From an uncultured virus (IMG/VR IMGVR_UViG_3300021185_001360) (Duplodnaviria > Heunggongvirae > Uroviricota > Caudoviricetes): DNA of 64,000 bases. The notes beneath the pieces are model-generated. The model was not told where the DNA came from. It searched no databases and saw only the letters and a program-made list of their open reading frames with translations. The DNA lies in IMG/VR virus record IMGVR_UViG_3300021185_001360; one strand, written 5' to 3'. A program made the translations under genes and the position numbers. Positions 47,081 through 56,927 of the stretch are shown here, in pieces. The stretch's first letter is position 1, and each line of letters starts with the position of its first letter.

Positions 47081-48082
47081 TTATCCGTGAGGATATGATT
47101 TGTTTAAGATAGCGGCCATTTCATCAGGCGCTTTAGATAAGTTCTGTAAGTCCCACACCCCACACCACTTTAGAAAGTTAACACCGACGCCATTGATATT
47201 CTTAGGCTTACTTGCTTCTGCTATAGTCTCTACAAAATCTACTTTTAACTCTGTAGGCTGTGCAGTCAAGTCAATAAGTTTTACATTGCGTTCATAGTCT
47301 TCACGTACTGTATGCTCATCACCATGATGGTCAGTCCATTTCTGTAACATGAAGTTATTCCAATTAAAACCGCCTGTTGCTTTATCTTCAAATGCTTCAA
47401 TCATACCTGTCTTATTGCGTGAACCCTTTTTACGTACACCAGGGTATGCACTAAAGATATTATCCGATGTATCACCACGAATACACTTCTCAAACAGTAA
47501 CCACTCAGGGTCTGGAGCAGGGAGAAGTTCTTTAGTCTTTTTGTCTTTCATTGGTGTCATGTTCTTATCATCTTTGAAGAAGCCTTCTTTAGTAATGATA
47601 CGATTTTGTACACCATCATAAATCTTTACATTGTCTGTGACTAGTTGCATGTAATCACTGTCACTTGATACGATAATATGCTCATCGTCTGGATGTGATT
47701 CAATAAACAAAGCAATCATATCATCTGCTTCTGCTTGTTTATTATGTAACATAGTACAATTAGTCTTTTTATCTAAGAAACCAATCATATCATCATACGC
47801 ATCAAACATGATTTGATTTTCTTCTTGCTCACGTACTGATAATGACTCACGTGCAATCTTGCGATTAGCTTTATATGGCGTGTAAAAGTCTTTACGCCAA
47901 CTACGTCCTTCTAAACAAAATACTGCATGGTCGGCATTGAATTTGTTATAACACATTTTGACGCTTGACATCATAATGTGAAAAGCCATACCGATTTTCA
48001 TATCGACATTAGCACCACGCATTGCCACGTGTTTTGCTCTATGATACATGTTGAAACTATCAACAAGAATAAATGTAGCCAT
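47081..48082 (-). CDS. rnh: RNase H / 5'-3' exonuclease (T4 rnh-like)
   Basis: SWRK.FY..YKANR, EADD, SSDSD..QL, GD.SDNI. Confidence 0.85.
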   Translation of the reverse strand: MATFILVDSFNMYHRAKHVAMRGANVDMKIGMAFHIMMSSVKMCYNKFNADHAVFCLEGRSWRKDFYTPYKANRKIARESLSVREQEENQIMFDAYDDMIGFLDKKTNCTMLHNKQAEADDMIALFIESHPDDEHIIVSSDSDYMQLVTDNVKIYDGVQNRIITKEGFFKDDKNMTPMKDKKTKELLPAPDPEWLLFEKCIRGDTSDNIFSAYPGVRKKGSRNKTGMIEAFEDKATGGFNWNNFMLQKWTDHHGDEHTVREDYERNVKLIDLTAQPTELKVDFVETIAEASKPKNINGVGVNFLKWCGVWDLQNLSKAPDEMAAILNKSYPHG

Positions 48083-48114
48083 TAGTAGATCCTCTTAGTT
48101 TTATATACAGTACT

Positions 48115-48143
48115 AGAATAACACACTTTGTGTTACTTGTCAA
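48115..48143 (-). promoter_or_regulatory. sigma70-type promoter
   Basis: TTGACA-17nt-TATTCT. Confidence 0.6.
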
Positions 48144-48604
48144 GAATATTCGGCAGTGTCATCACCGGTTTTTAGTCTTTGAATGATTACACCATCTTTA
48201 CTTTTAGTGTCTGCACTTTTAGTGGTACCTTCATCATCTTCAAGTCCTTCCATTACAATGTTCTTACATAAATCATTGAACCAGTTGTCAACAATAGTAT
48301 CATTGTCAGAACCTTCATAGCCATTATTAGCAAGATACTCTACAAAGTCTTCGTTAAAGTCAATCTCAAAGAAACCTGAACCGGGTTTATTAAGTTCAAG
48401 TTCCATCTTTAATACTTTAACCCAAGGCTCTCCTTTTAAAGTAGCAACTTTTTTATCATGGTCATCGTTTGTAATATGGCCATATTTTAAATCAAGTCCA
48501 GCTAACGCAATGTCACGTTCTTTTTCGTTACTTAATTTTTTCGCTTGTATTCTATCAGTTTCTTCTTCTGACTTGAACCAAGTGTTTGGTTTCATTATAT
48601 CCAT
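48140..48604 (-). CDS. Hypothetical phage protein, 154 aa
   Basis: ORF in operon order. Confidence 0.75.
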   Translation of the reverse strand: MDIMKPNTWFKSEEETDRIQAKKLSNEKERDIALAGLDLKYGHITNDDHDKKVATLKGEPWVKVLKMELELNKPGSGFFEIDFNEDFVEYLANNGYEGSDNDTIVDNWFNDLCKNIVMEGLEDDEGTTKSADTKSKDGVIIQRLKTGDDTAEYS

Positions 48605-48609
48605 AATTA

Positions 48610-48948
48610 TTATCCTTTCAATTCAGGCACTGCCTGTATTAATTCGTCAATCCCTCCCTTGATATAAAGCATATTCTTATATCCATTATTCTTAAGATAC
48701 TTTGTTACTTGTTCTGACTTTGTACTGTCTTGGCATAAAATCAAACACACAATATGTGTAGGCGCCATTTCAATTTGGTCAGGTATTTCATACATTGAAA
48801 TATTAAACGTTTGTTTAACAACTCCTGCACTTTTACGTTCTTCTGTATCTCTGATATCGACAAGAATATAATCTTGTTTCTCATACCATTCATCAACGAA
48901 TTCTGTAACTGTAATTCCTAAAATTTCTTCATTAGTTTTATAAAACAT
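48610..48948 (-). CDS. Single-domain rhodanese-like protein
   Basis: LVDIR..EE...G, LCQD..KS, YL...GY.N...I.GGI. Confidence 0.75.
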   Translation of the reverse strand: MFYKTNEEILGITVTEFVDEWYEKQDYILVDIRDTEERKSAGVVKQTFNISMYEIPDQIEMAPTHIVCLILCQDSTKSEQVTKYLKNNGYKNMLYIKGGIDELIQAVPELKG

Positions 48949-48951
48949 ATT

Positions 48952-50097
48952 TTAGCATCCTCTATTGATTTCGGCTTCTAGTGCATCCGCATCTTCGTTC
49001 TGTACGCCGTTCCACCCTATTTGTTCCCATGGGACATTCTTGTCACCAAAGTGTCCATATGTACAGTTCTCACTATACTTATAAAAATTAAATAAATCAA
49101 ATCTATCAATGATACCTTTAGGTGTCAAGTCGATATTGTTTCTAATAAACTTTTGAATTGAACGATTATGCCCGTTACTATCAACATAGATACTAGTTGG
49201 TTCCTTAACACCAATAGCATAGCTTAATTGTATATTACACCAATCTGCCATGTTATCTGCTACAATATTCTTTGCTAACCATCTTGCCATATAAGCCGCT
49301 GACCTATCTACTTTCGTAGGATCTTTTCCACTAAAAGCACCCCCACCGTGAGGAGCAAAACCCCCATAGGTATCCACGATAATTTTGCGTCCGGTGAGTC
49401 CTGTATCACCATCAGGGCCACCAATAACAAACTTGCCAGTAGGATTGATATGCCATATAGTATCTTTATCAATTAAATCTCCCATTACATTATTAACTGC
49501 TTCACCAACTGTGCTTTTAAGAAGTTGCTCAGAACCCTCAGTATGTTGTGTACTTACAACAATCTGGTCAGCACGTTTTACTTTACCACCTTCATATTGT
49601 AAACTTACTTGTGATTTCGCATCTGGTAATAGAAATTTATAAGCAGTATTTCGTTTCTCTTTGAGGTCTTTAAGTATCTCATGTGCGTAATGTATCGGAG
49701 CAGGCATCATACTATCTGTGTGGTTACATGCATATCCGAACATCAACCCTTGGTCACCAGCACCGAAATCATCAGTACCTAGTCCAATGTCTCCACTCTG
49801 TGAATGAATTTCATTATAAATTTTTAATTTATTCCAATGAAATCCCATTTGTTCATATCCAATTTCTTTAACTTTATTACGTATAATACGTTCAACAGTC
49901 GCATCTGTTAGATTAAAGTTTTTTACTTCGCCCGCTACCGTTACATGGTTGGTGGTTACAAGTGTCTCAATGGCTACACGTGTTGTTTCATCACCCTTCT
50001 CAAGTCCAGCGTCAACTAGTGCATCACTAATTTGGTCTGCTACTTTATCTGGGTGCCCATCACTGACACTCTCGCTTGTAAAAATATAGTTATTCAT
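48952..50097 (-). CDS. metK: S-adenosylmethionine synthetase
   Basis: FTSESV..GHPDK, GAGDQG, GGGAFSGKD.TKVDRS. Confidence 0.97.
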   Translation of the reverse strand: MNNYIFTSESVSDGHPDKVADQISDALVDAGLEKGDETTRVAIETLVTTNHVTVAGEVKNFNLTDATVERIIRNKVKEIGYEQMGFHWNKLKIYNEIHSQSGDIGLGTDDFGAGDQGLMFGYACNHTDSMMPAPIHYAHEILKDLKEKRNTAYKFLLPDAKSQVSLQYEGGKVKRADQIVVSTQHTEGSEQLLKSTVGEAVNNVMGDLIDKDTIWHINPTGKFVIGGPDGDTGLTGRKIIVDTYGGFAPHGGGAFSGKDPTKVDRSAAYMARWLAKNIVADNMADWCNIQLSYAIGVKEPTSIYVDSNGHNRSIQKFIRNNIDLTPKGIIDRFDLFNFYKYSENCTYGHFGDKNVPWEQIGWNGVQNEDADALEAEINRGC

Positions 50098-50197
50098 TTT
50101 AACTCCTTATTAATATCCAGCTTCCCGAATTCTTTGTTCAAGTCCTGTTTTGTCTTTGACTTCATAATCTTCATCATGCCTTGAGGCAGTACCATCA

Positions 50198-51136
50198 TCA
50201 TGTGCCCCATGCATTTCCGAATAAGTTGATGTGTAATCTGGGCGTGAAACGCCACCCTTTCTCCATGCAAAGTTGGGCCACCTGCTTGACTGTAAAATCA
50301 TATCCTTCACTTCTACCGCCCATTGGCATACAATAGACAGGGCACTCAACGCCCGCTTTCCTGTATAGTTCAACAGCTTTATGCACTTCATCAACATCAA
50401 TAGCATCAGCAACAACAAATTTGAGATAGATATCGCTACCATCAACAAGAGCATACTCATGAGCCACATCAGGCTTAATAGCAGTATCCCAAGATTCTCC
50501 AGAAACGGATAGCTTAGGCGAACAACTCCATGTGACTTTAATGCGGTCATTGTCTGTGAGATAGTCAAATAACTCGTTGTGTAATGCTTGTGTAGTGTTT
50601 GTTTCAAATGTGACATTTTTTAAGTCCTTCATACGTGGATGTTCGAATAGTTCTACGTACAATCGTTGCCACGCCAACAACGGTTCGCCTCCTGTTAAAA
50701 TTAAATGAATGTCTTGTCCATTGTCTTGAGTCCATTTTCCTTCTGGAGTAAGCGATAATAGATGCTCTACTACTTCATCAATAGTTTTGTCCATCACTAA
50801 ATGCTTAAACTCTGGATAGATACTTGCATAAGTGTCACATCCTGTATGTATGATGGGTAAGTCTTCAAATTTCTTTGTAGTTTCATGTACACCATCTTTA
50901 ATTAATTGTTCTACTTCTGGATTATAACGTGTCTTCTCTCTGCCTCGCTCAAGACCAAAGTTTTGACAACGTAAATTACAGCCGAAGGTTCGTAGGAATA
51001 CACTAGGTACTCCTACAAACTTGCCTTCGCCTTGTACAGAATAAAATGCTTCTGAATATCTCAATTTCATAGCTGACTTTTTGTTAACTGCTTCGTAAGA
51101 AGGATAACCTTTTTCAAATACAGGTGCGCCTATCAT
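50198..51136 (-). CDS. queE: 7-carboxy-7-deazaguanine synthase (radical SAM)
   Basis: FYSVQGEG...G.PSVFLR..GCNLRC...CDT, TGGEPL, SPKL, RLH. Confidence 0.9.
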   Translation of the reverse strand: MIGAPVFEKGYPSYEAVNKKSAMKLRYSEAFYSVQGEGKFVGVPSVFLRTFGCNLRCQNFGLERGREKTRYNPEVEQLIKDGVHETTKKFEDLPIIHTGCDTYASIYPEFKHLVMDKTIDEVVEHLLSLTPEGKWTQDNGQDIHLILTGGEPLLAWQRLYVELFEHPRMKDLKNVTFETNTTQALHNELFDYLTDNDRIKVTWSCSPKLSVSGESWDTAIKPDVAHEYALVDGSDIYLKFVVADAIDVDEVHKAVELYRKAGVECPVYCMPMGGRSEGYDFTVKQVAQLCMEKGWRFTPRLHINLFGNAWGT

Positions 51137-51834
51137 CTTGGTGCAAACTCCTGTTGTAGTTTAATGTTATCCATAAATTCTGTTTTTACATGTGCATTCT
51201 CAAAAAAAGAACCTTTGAGAACAGTTGTTTGTGTAAGACTACTATGAGCCATTATACCTCTATTCTCACAACAACCATGTGTTGCTTGAATATACACACC
51301 TACATCATCTGAGCCTGTAACTTTACGAATTTCTCTGTTTATGTCCATTGCTAGTTCTTCTTGTAGTGTACCACGCCTTGCACACCATTGTGCAATACGA
51401 GTATACTTGCTTAGACCAATAAGTTTGTCTGCGGCAATGATACCAATGTATGCAACACCTTTAACAGGTTGATGATGATGTGAACAGACACTTGTTAGTT
51501 CCGAGCGAACAACAAGCATACCTTCATACTTGTCACCTGTTACATTATCTGGTTCATTAGGAAATGCAGTTGCAGGAGGGGGTAATTCATACCTACCTGC
51601 CATGAGTTCGTTGATATACATTTTAGCTAAACGTCTACCTGTATCCATTGAATTTGGATCAGTTTTTCTGTCTATTACTAAACTGTCTAATACGCCTTCA
51701 AACTTTTCAGTGAGTTCGTCTATAAGATTTTCTTTATCACCTTTTTCGATAATATCTGATATATTATCTCCTGCCCAATAACGAGCGCCCGAGGCATCTA
51801 ATCGTGCCTTTAATATTTCGGAAGTCTTTTTCAT
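51133..51834 (-). CDS. folE: GTP cyclohydrolase I
   Basis: SVCSHHHQP, GLSK..RI, LQEEL, ATHGC...RG. Confidence 0.95.
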   Translation of the reverse strand: MKKTSEILKARLDASGARYWAGDNISDIIEKGDKENLIDELTEKFEGVLDSLVIDRKTDPNSMDTGRRLAKMYINELMAGRYELPPPATAFPNEPDNVTGDKYEGMLVVRSELTSVCSHHHQPVKGVAYIGIIAADKLIGLSKYTRIAQWCARRGTLQEELAMDINREIRKVTGSDDVGVYIQATHGCCENRGIMAHSSLTQTTVLKGSFFENAHVKTEFMDNIKLQQEFAPR

Positions 51835-51896
51835 TTATACTATGTTCCTTATCTATATTGTTGTGTATGGTGGAAAACCCACCCATATACAATACT

Positions 51897-51925
51897 ATTA
51901 TATACGAGTGGGTCTGTAATGTCAA
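51897..51925 (-). promoter_or_regulatory. sigma70-type promoter for folE-queE
   Basis: TTGACA-17nt-TATAAT. Confidence 0.7.
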
Positions 51926-51943
51926 TAGCTAATTTAAAATAAA

Positions 51944-52294
51944 TTAATATTGATATGGTTCGTCATTATATCCAAGTCCAGTTCTAGCTGTTTCTGTGAT
52001 AGAACCCATGTCTTGTGTATCAACTACAACCAAGTCATTAACTGTTGAAAGATTAACATAACCTCTTGTGGCTGATGTTGAGCCTAAAGCGTCACCTCTA
52101 TGTGTTGCACCAGATGTTGGTAAGTCTTGCGTTGATTCCGTAATATTACCAAAGTCTGCCATTTCACGCATATCGATTGAACGTCTTACTTTAACCTTTG
52201 GACCAAGCCCTGTGTTATTCATAATCAGTGTTCTATATCTTGCCATGTTGTATTCTCCCATAAAAGTGATAGCGAGTGGGAGACCCACTATCAT
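51944..52294 (-). CDS. Hypothetical late-type protein (likely start MARY at 52246) with D(F/M)G.ITE repeats
   Basis: GGAG RBS before 52246; ATAAATA at 52298-52304. Confidence 0.65.
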   Translation of the reverse strand: MIVGLPLAITFMGEYNMARYRTLIMNNTGLGPKVKVRRSIDMREMADFGNITESTQDLPTSGATHRGDALGSTSATRGYVNLSTVNDLVVVDTQDMGSITETARTGLGYNDEPYQY

Positions 52295-53361
52295 CTGTAT
52301 TTATGCAATTCTTTAACTAAATTATCAACAGAGTAAAAGTTTCTTACATTTTCAATTTCTTTTGACATTGCATCTTCCATGTCAGAGTTTTTATTCATTA
52401 AGATACGAATATGTGTCTTAATTTGTTCTATGTTTTCTTTTACTGCATCTAAACTAGTTGTCCATTCGCTAGGATATTTGAACGTATCAGACCACATTTC
52501 TGTATATGATAGTCTATCTGGTACCAATGGGATAGCACCAACTACAAGTCCTTCAAATACAGATATACCTAAAGTTTCTTGTAAGTTAGCACTAAACACC
52601 ATCTTTGCCTTACCAAGCATCGTGTGGTATTCTTCTTTCGATAAATTAAGTTCTTGACACTTCACCCAATTATACTCGGGCATTTGCTCTGCAAGATAGT
52701 CAAAAACTTCTGGTTGCTTTTCAGGCGCTAACCTGTGAGGAAATAAAATAGTATCCTCTTTTGCCATACCCTTATAGTCTGCTAAATCGCTTTCTATATA
52801 TTCCATAGGCCAACCCACTTGTCGTATAGAGTGAAGGAGTTGCCGGTCGATATCCCTATCGTCTTCAAAAAATGTCTGGGTAAAAAGGTCAATATGAAAT
52901 CTAGTTGCAAAGAAGTTATCATCGAAACATTCATACATTGACATTTCAGCATTTCGAACCCATGGACGGTTCCCTATTAATCTACCTAAAAAGTCATGAG
53001 GGTCATACGAACCCGCATGCCACATACCCCCAATCCGGATATCAATACCCAACAGTTCAGCCATATATTTTAATTGGATAACTGTTGGGTTCCAAGCATC
53101 AGTGTACAGAAAATAATCACCATCTTTAATTTTGCCTTCACAAAACAGTTGTGAAATTTTTGTAATCTGTGCCGCCTTGTAGATATTAGTACCACCGAAA
53201 TTCAAAAAAGCACCGGGTGTAGTGGCTTCGGGAATGCCTGCACTAGGGCCGTCTATCACCGTCACATTCAGTCCGTTGTTTTTTAGAACAGTTGGGAAAT
53301 GTGTCTTCCATTGCTTAGTGTAGCGGGATTCAACACTTTCCAAATCTACAAGATATATCAT
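52291..53361 (-). CDS. GT-B (GT4-like) glycosyltransferase
   Basis: PHRLAPEK, QETLGISVFE (EX7E), GAIPLVP..LSY.E. Confidence 0.8.
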   Translation of the reverse strand: MIYLVDLESVESRYTKQWKTHFPTVLKNNGLNVTVIDGPSAGIPEATTPGAFLNFGGTNIYKAAQITKISQLFCEGKIKDGDYFLYTDAWNPTVIQLKYMAELLGIDIRIGGMWHAGSYDPHDFLGRLIGNRPWVRNAEMSMYECFDDNFFATRFHIDLFTQTFFEDDRDIDRQLLHSIRQVGWPMEYIESDLADYKGMAKEDTILFPHRLAPEKQPEVFDYLAEQMPEYNWVKCQELNLSKEEYHTMLGKAKMVFSANLQETLGISVFEGLVVGAIPLVPDRLSYTEMWSDTFKYPSEWTTSLDAVKENIEQIKTHIRILMNKNSDMEDAMSKEIENVRNFYSVDNLVKELHKYR

Positions 53362-53364
53362 TCG

Positions 53365-53931
53365 TTACTCCTTTAGGATACTATAAACTTCGTACCCTTG
53401 AGATTTTAGTTTAGCAGAACCACCTAAGAAAGTCAAGTCCATAATACTTGCTATTCCTATAGTCTCTCCGCCTAGTCGTGTAATCAATGACGTTACTGCT
53501 TCCAGTGTTCCACCGGTTGCAATAACATCATCAAGTACTAAAACACGGTCGCCGTCTAACACTGAATCAGATTGTAGGTGTAGTTCGTCTGTACCGTATT
53601 CAAGTTCGTATTCTGTAAAAATAGTTTCGCCTGGTAGTTTACCTTTTTTTCTTGCCATCGCAAATGGTCTATGCATTTCTGCACTAAGGGCTCCTGCTAA
53701 TGGGAATCCACGTGCATCTAATCCAACTATGCGATTGTAGTTATATGCAATTTCTGTTTCATATAACCAATCCTGAATGAGTGACATTACCTTAGATAGT
53801 CCTTGTGGCGTATTAAAAATACTTGCCATATCTTGGTACATAATACCAGGTTTAGGATGATCCGGTATAACTCGGACCATATCCTGTATATCCTGTGTTA
53901 TTAATTCTCTGTAATCAGGTGTCATACTCAA
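53365..53931 (-). CDS. apt: Adenine phosphoribosyltransferase-like protein
   Basis: PD.PKPGI...D, DARGF, RK.GKLPG, YELEYG, VLDDVIATGGT. Confidence 0.9.
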   Translation of the reverse strand: MSMTPDYRELITQDIQDMVRVIPDHPKPGIMYQDMASIFNTPQGLSKVMSLIQDWLYETEIAYNYNRIVGLDARGFPLAGALSAEMHRPFAMARKKGKLPGETIFTEYELEYGTDELHLQSDSVLDGDRVLVLDDVIATGGTLEAVTSLITRLGGETIGIASIMDLTFLGGSAKLKSQGYEVYSILKE

Positions 53932-54376
53932 TCAACGCCCCATTTTCTCCGTCTTCGGATACTTCAATTTTAACACTACGATTAGGATATTTCTCTGCAA
54001 TCTTATCGAACAAATCATCACTCATCATTTCACATGACTTGTAATCTAGTTCTAAAGTTTTCTCTGCATATAGCTTCTCTAACCAACGTTTAAATTGGAT
54101 AAACTCAATATCCCTGTCGTTGTGCGTGACTGTAATTGCTACACGAAAATGAAAGATATGTCGATGAGGATATCCTAGAAAACTAACATCATACTCATCG
54201 CCAGTTGCCAACGCAGGGTCATCAAGTGCCGCTGGATATTTGTGTATACCTTCTTTCTGAAACGTAACCCAAATCCATCTTGTTGCATTCTGTTTTTGTT
54301 TTTTAATATCGTCTGCCATATTTGCCTTTCTACTTTCGTCTAACATAAAGTCGTAATAACCTTTTCTATTGGTCAT
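53915..54376 (-). CDS. queD: QueD / 6-pyruvoyl-tetrahydropterin synthase-like T-fold protein
   Basis: H.Y...HRH.F metal ligands, IEF...K, SCE, VSED.ENGA; context with folE and queE. Confidence 0.65.
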   Translation of the reverse strand: MTNRKGYYDFMLDESRKANMADDIKKQKQNATRWIWVTFQKEGIHKYPAALDDPALATGDEYDVSFLGYPHRHIFHFRVAITVTHNDRDIEFIQFKRWLEKLYAEKTLELDYKSCEMMSDDLFDKIAEKYPNRSVKIEVSEDGENGALIEYDT

Positions 54377-54569
54377 CTAGTTGCTCTTGTTCTTTTTCAA
54401 GTGCTACAATTTCTTCTTTAATTCTCATCTTTTCTACTTTCTTAACCTGAACATCTTGATACTTATTATAATCTTTTGTAATCTGATTGTCAAGTGCCCG
54501 ATGTACCTCTCTGAGTTTTTCTAATCGGCGTCCTTTCTTTTTAGCGAATGCTCTTTGTCCTTTTGCCAT
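54366..54569 (-). CDS. Small coiled-coil hypothetical protein (MAKGQR...)
   Basis: GGAGG RBS before 54569. Confidence 0.65.
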   Translation of the reverse strand: MAKGQRAFAKKKGRRLEKLREVHRALDNQITKDYNKYQDVQVKKVEKMRIKEEIVALEKEQEQLDDQ

Positions 54570-54588
54570 TATTTCCTCCTTGGTTGAA

Positions 54589-56130
54589 TTAGCTAAACAA
54601 GTCTGAAACAGTATCAGGTGTATCATACTCTTTACGTTTACCTTTGACTGCTTCCACAAACTCATCTGTCTTTGTATTTGCATCTTCGAACTCCATAAAA
54701 TCTGGAGTTGTAGATATATTTTGAACACGTGATCCTTGACATTTGCGTAAAAATGCTTTGAAGTCTGATAACATGTTCATTGGATCATCTGATACAAATA
54801 ATTCTTCAACAAATTTTGCAAAATACAATACTGTATCAGGCACAACATCACTTAACACATTAGTTTTGCCTAAGTTCATGTTGTGTATATCAATCTTATC
54901 ATGTAACATTTCATATTCATGGTCAAATCTACGTAATGCATCTTGCATACCTTTGATATGATACTCTGTGTTATGTGCTTGAATTAATATATAAGATAGA
55001 CTATCCCAACTTGATTTGGCTTCTTTTTTGTTTCTATTCAACATGCCTGGTTGCATGTAATTGATATCTCTCATATTAAGTCGAGAACCAATTTCCCCAT
55101 CATACATCCAAGGTTGATCCGGATTAGAAATATCTTGTCTCCAGTTCAACTTCTTAGTCTTGTAAGACCAAGCGTTTCCATTCAAGTCGGGATAATCATA
55201 TGCTAAACCTTTAGATGCAGTTATATATGGAGAAGCCGCATCAAAAGATATAGTGATATTTGGATTAACATGTTTTCGTAGTTGTCTCTGTATAGCAGTT
55301 AAGAAACAACCCCACGGGAGAACACTAATGCCTAGTGTATGTATCCAAACATCGTCACCTGCTAACATACCATCATCACGCATTGTGATTAATCGTCTTA
55401 GCAGAAGTTCTGCATCACCGGCATGGTCGCCAGCCATAGCCCAACCTTCAAATGCTCTATCACCATATACTTTTGGGTCATTGAACTTTTTGACTGCTTG
55501 GTACCATTTCTCGCTTGTTTCCCAATTAGCACCATGTAGTGTATTGAGAAATTTAGTCTTACCGGGAATACGATTGTCGATAAAAAATTGATGATTAAAG
55601 ATTGTCTTTTCTAAACATTCATCTGCTGTTTTAAGACCTGTCTTATCACGATACTGCGGAAGATATCCCCACATAGGAATATCAAGTGTCATACTATAAT
55701 CACAGTATTCTTCTAACCATGTCATAATACTACAACGTGTCTTTTGCCAATCTGCACCAGTTTCGAAATTACTCCAGTCTAGCTTCCAAGCACCACTACC
55801 AATTTGATAGCCGCCTGAATCACCTACTAATACTGTGTTTTCTCTATCACGGTTAACGACCATACCATCATCAATTTTAGAACCTTCTAAATCAAGATTG
55901 GCATGCCCTGCGGAGTAAAGACCATGAGCGTAATGTACATAGCCTTTATCTTTATCCAAGATATTTAATCCATCTAACCCGTGTTCAAATCCTTTAGGGA
56001 TACGTTCTGGTGGGAACATATCTGTCTTGTCCGCATAATGCTGAGAGATTTTGCGAACATAGAAATTTGAAATAGCCGGCAAAAAGATTGCATAACCGGA
56101 ACTTAGATTATTTTTACCTAAGTCTTTCAC
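54589..56130 (-). CDS. dpdA: TGT-fold guanine transglycosylase (DpdA-like)
   Basis: GDSGGYQ, TLDIP, IHTLG, SFDAASP TGT motifs; upstream of queD/folE/queE. Confidence 0.72.
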   Translation of the reverse strand: MKDLGKNNLSSGYAIFLPAISNFYVRKISQHYADKTDMFPPERIPKGFEHGLDGLNILDKDKGYVHYAHGLYSAGHANLDLEGSKIDDGMVVNRDRENTVLVGDSGGYQIGSGAWKLDWSNFETGADWQKTRCSIMTWLEEYCDYSMTLDIPMWGYLPQYRDKTGLKTADECLEKTIFNHQFFIDNRIPGKTKFLNTLHGANWETSEKWYQAVKKFNDPKVYGDRAFEGWAMAGDHAGDAELLLRRLITMRDDGMLAGDDVWIHTLGISVLPWGCFLTAIQRQLRKHVNPNITISFDAASPYITASKGLAYDYPDLNGNAWSYKTKKLNWRQDISNPDQPWMYDGEIGSRLNMRDINYMQPGMLNRNKKEAKSSWDSLSYILIQAHNTEYHIKGMQDALRRFDHEYEMLHDKIDIHNMNLGKTNVLSDVVPDTVLYFAKFVEELFVSDDPMNMLSDFKAFLRKCQGSRVQNISTTPDFMEFEDANTKTDEFVEAVKGKRKEYDTPDTVSDLFS

Positions 56131-56133
56131 GCT

Positions 56134-56889
56134 TTAATTACCTGATTTAGCTGGTAAGATGTATTCGTATAGACCTAATCCGCTATCTACTTGAATCATC
56201 ATTGCACCTTGGTCTGAGATTTTAACACTCATTGTGCTAGTATCACCAAGTTTCAAAATTGTAAGTACAGTCGATAGAGGGAAACTCCAACCAGTGTTTA
56301 GTTCACCGTTAACATTCTGTGCGAATGGAAGTTCTACTCTGTCTGTTGAACGGTCACCGATAAAGAATTTCAGTACACCGTCTACTGTCTTAACAGTAAA
56401 GAGTGGATCAAATGCTCCTAGAATACCTGCAAAGTATTGTAAGTCTTTGATTGCTTTTTGTGTTGGCATAACTTCAACGTCCCATTTGGCACCTTTAAAG
56501 TTTGCTGTTTTAATCTGTGCATCAACAAGTTCACTTACGATTACACGATAAGTTGATTGCATTGCACCTTCGATTGAGAATGATAGTTGTGTAGGGACCA
56601 TTTCGCCATTGCGTTCCTCATGTCCAACTTCTACACCGGCTTTAACTGATTTACCTTCTCTATCTTCACCTTCATAGTTTAGATAACCGTTGAGTACGCC
56701 TAGTCTACCAAGACCAAACTTGCCTTTGAATTCGTTAACTGGTGTATGTAGTTTGCCTCGTAACACCACTGTTCTATCGTCATCCATAGCATCAATCGTT
56801 GTACCAGTATCATCTGTAGTGACTTTAGCCGCTTGAATGATACCTAACGAATGAGTATGCTTAACAATATCCTTTAAAATATCCTGCAT
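56134..56889 (-). CDS. Putative sliding clamp (gp45/PCNA-like)
   Basis: 251 aa, beta-rich, ends YEYILPA, near DNA polymerase; promoter 56919-56947. Confidence 0.6.
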   Translation of the reverse strand: MQDILKDIVKHTHSLGIIQAAKVTTDDTGTTIDAMDDDRTVVLRGKLHTPVNEFKGKFGLGRLGVLNGYLNYEGEDREGKSVKAGVEVGHEERNGEMVPTQLSFSIEGAMQSTYRVIVSELVDAQIKTANFKGAKWDVEVMPTQKAIKDLQYFAGILGAFDPLFTVKTVDGVLKFFIGDRSTDRVELPFAQNVNGELNTGWSFPLSTVLTILKLGDTSTMSVKISDQGAMMIQVDSGLGLYEYILPAKSGN

Positions 56890-56927
56890 TTTCTTTCTCC
56901 TTATGGTTTATTAATACTATATTAACA

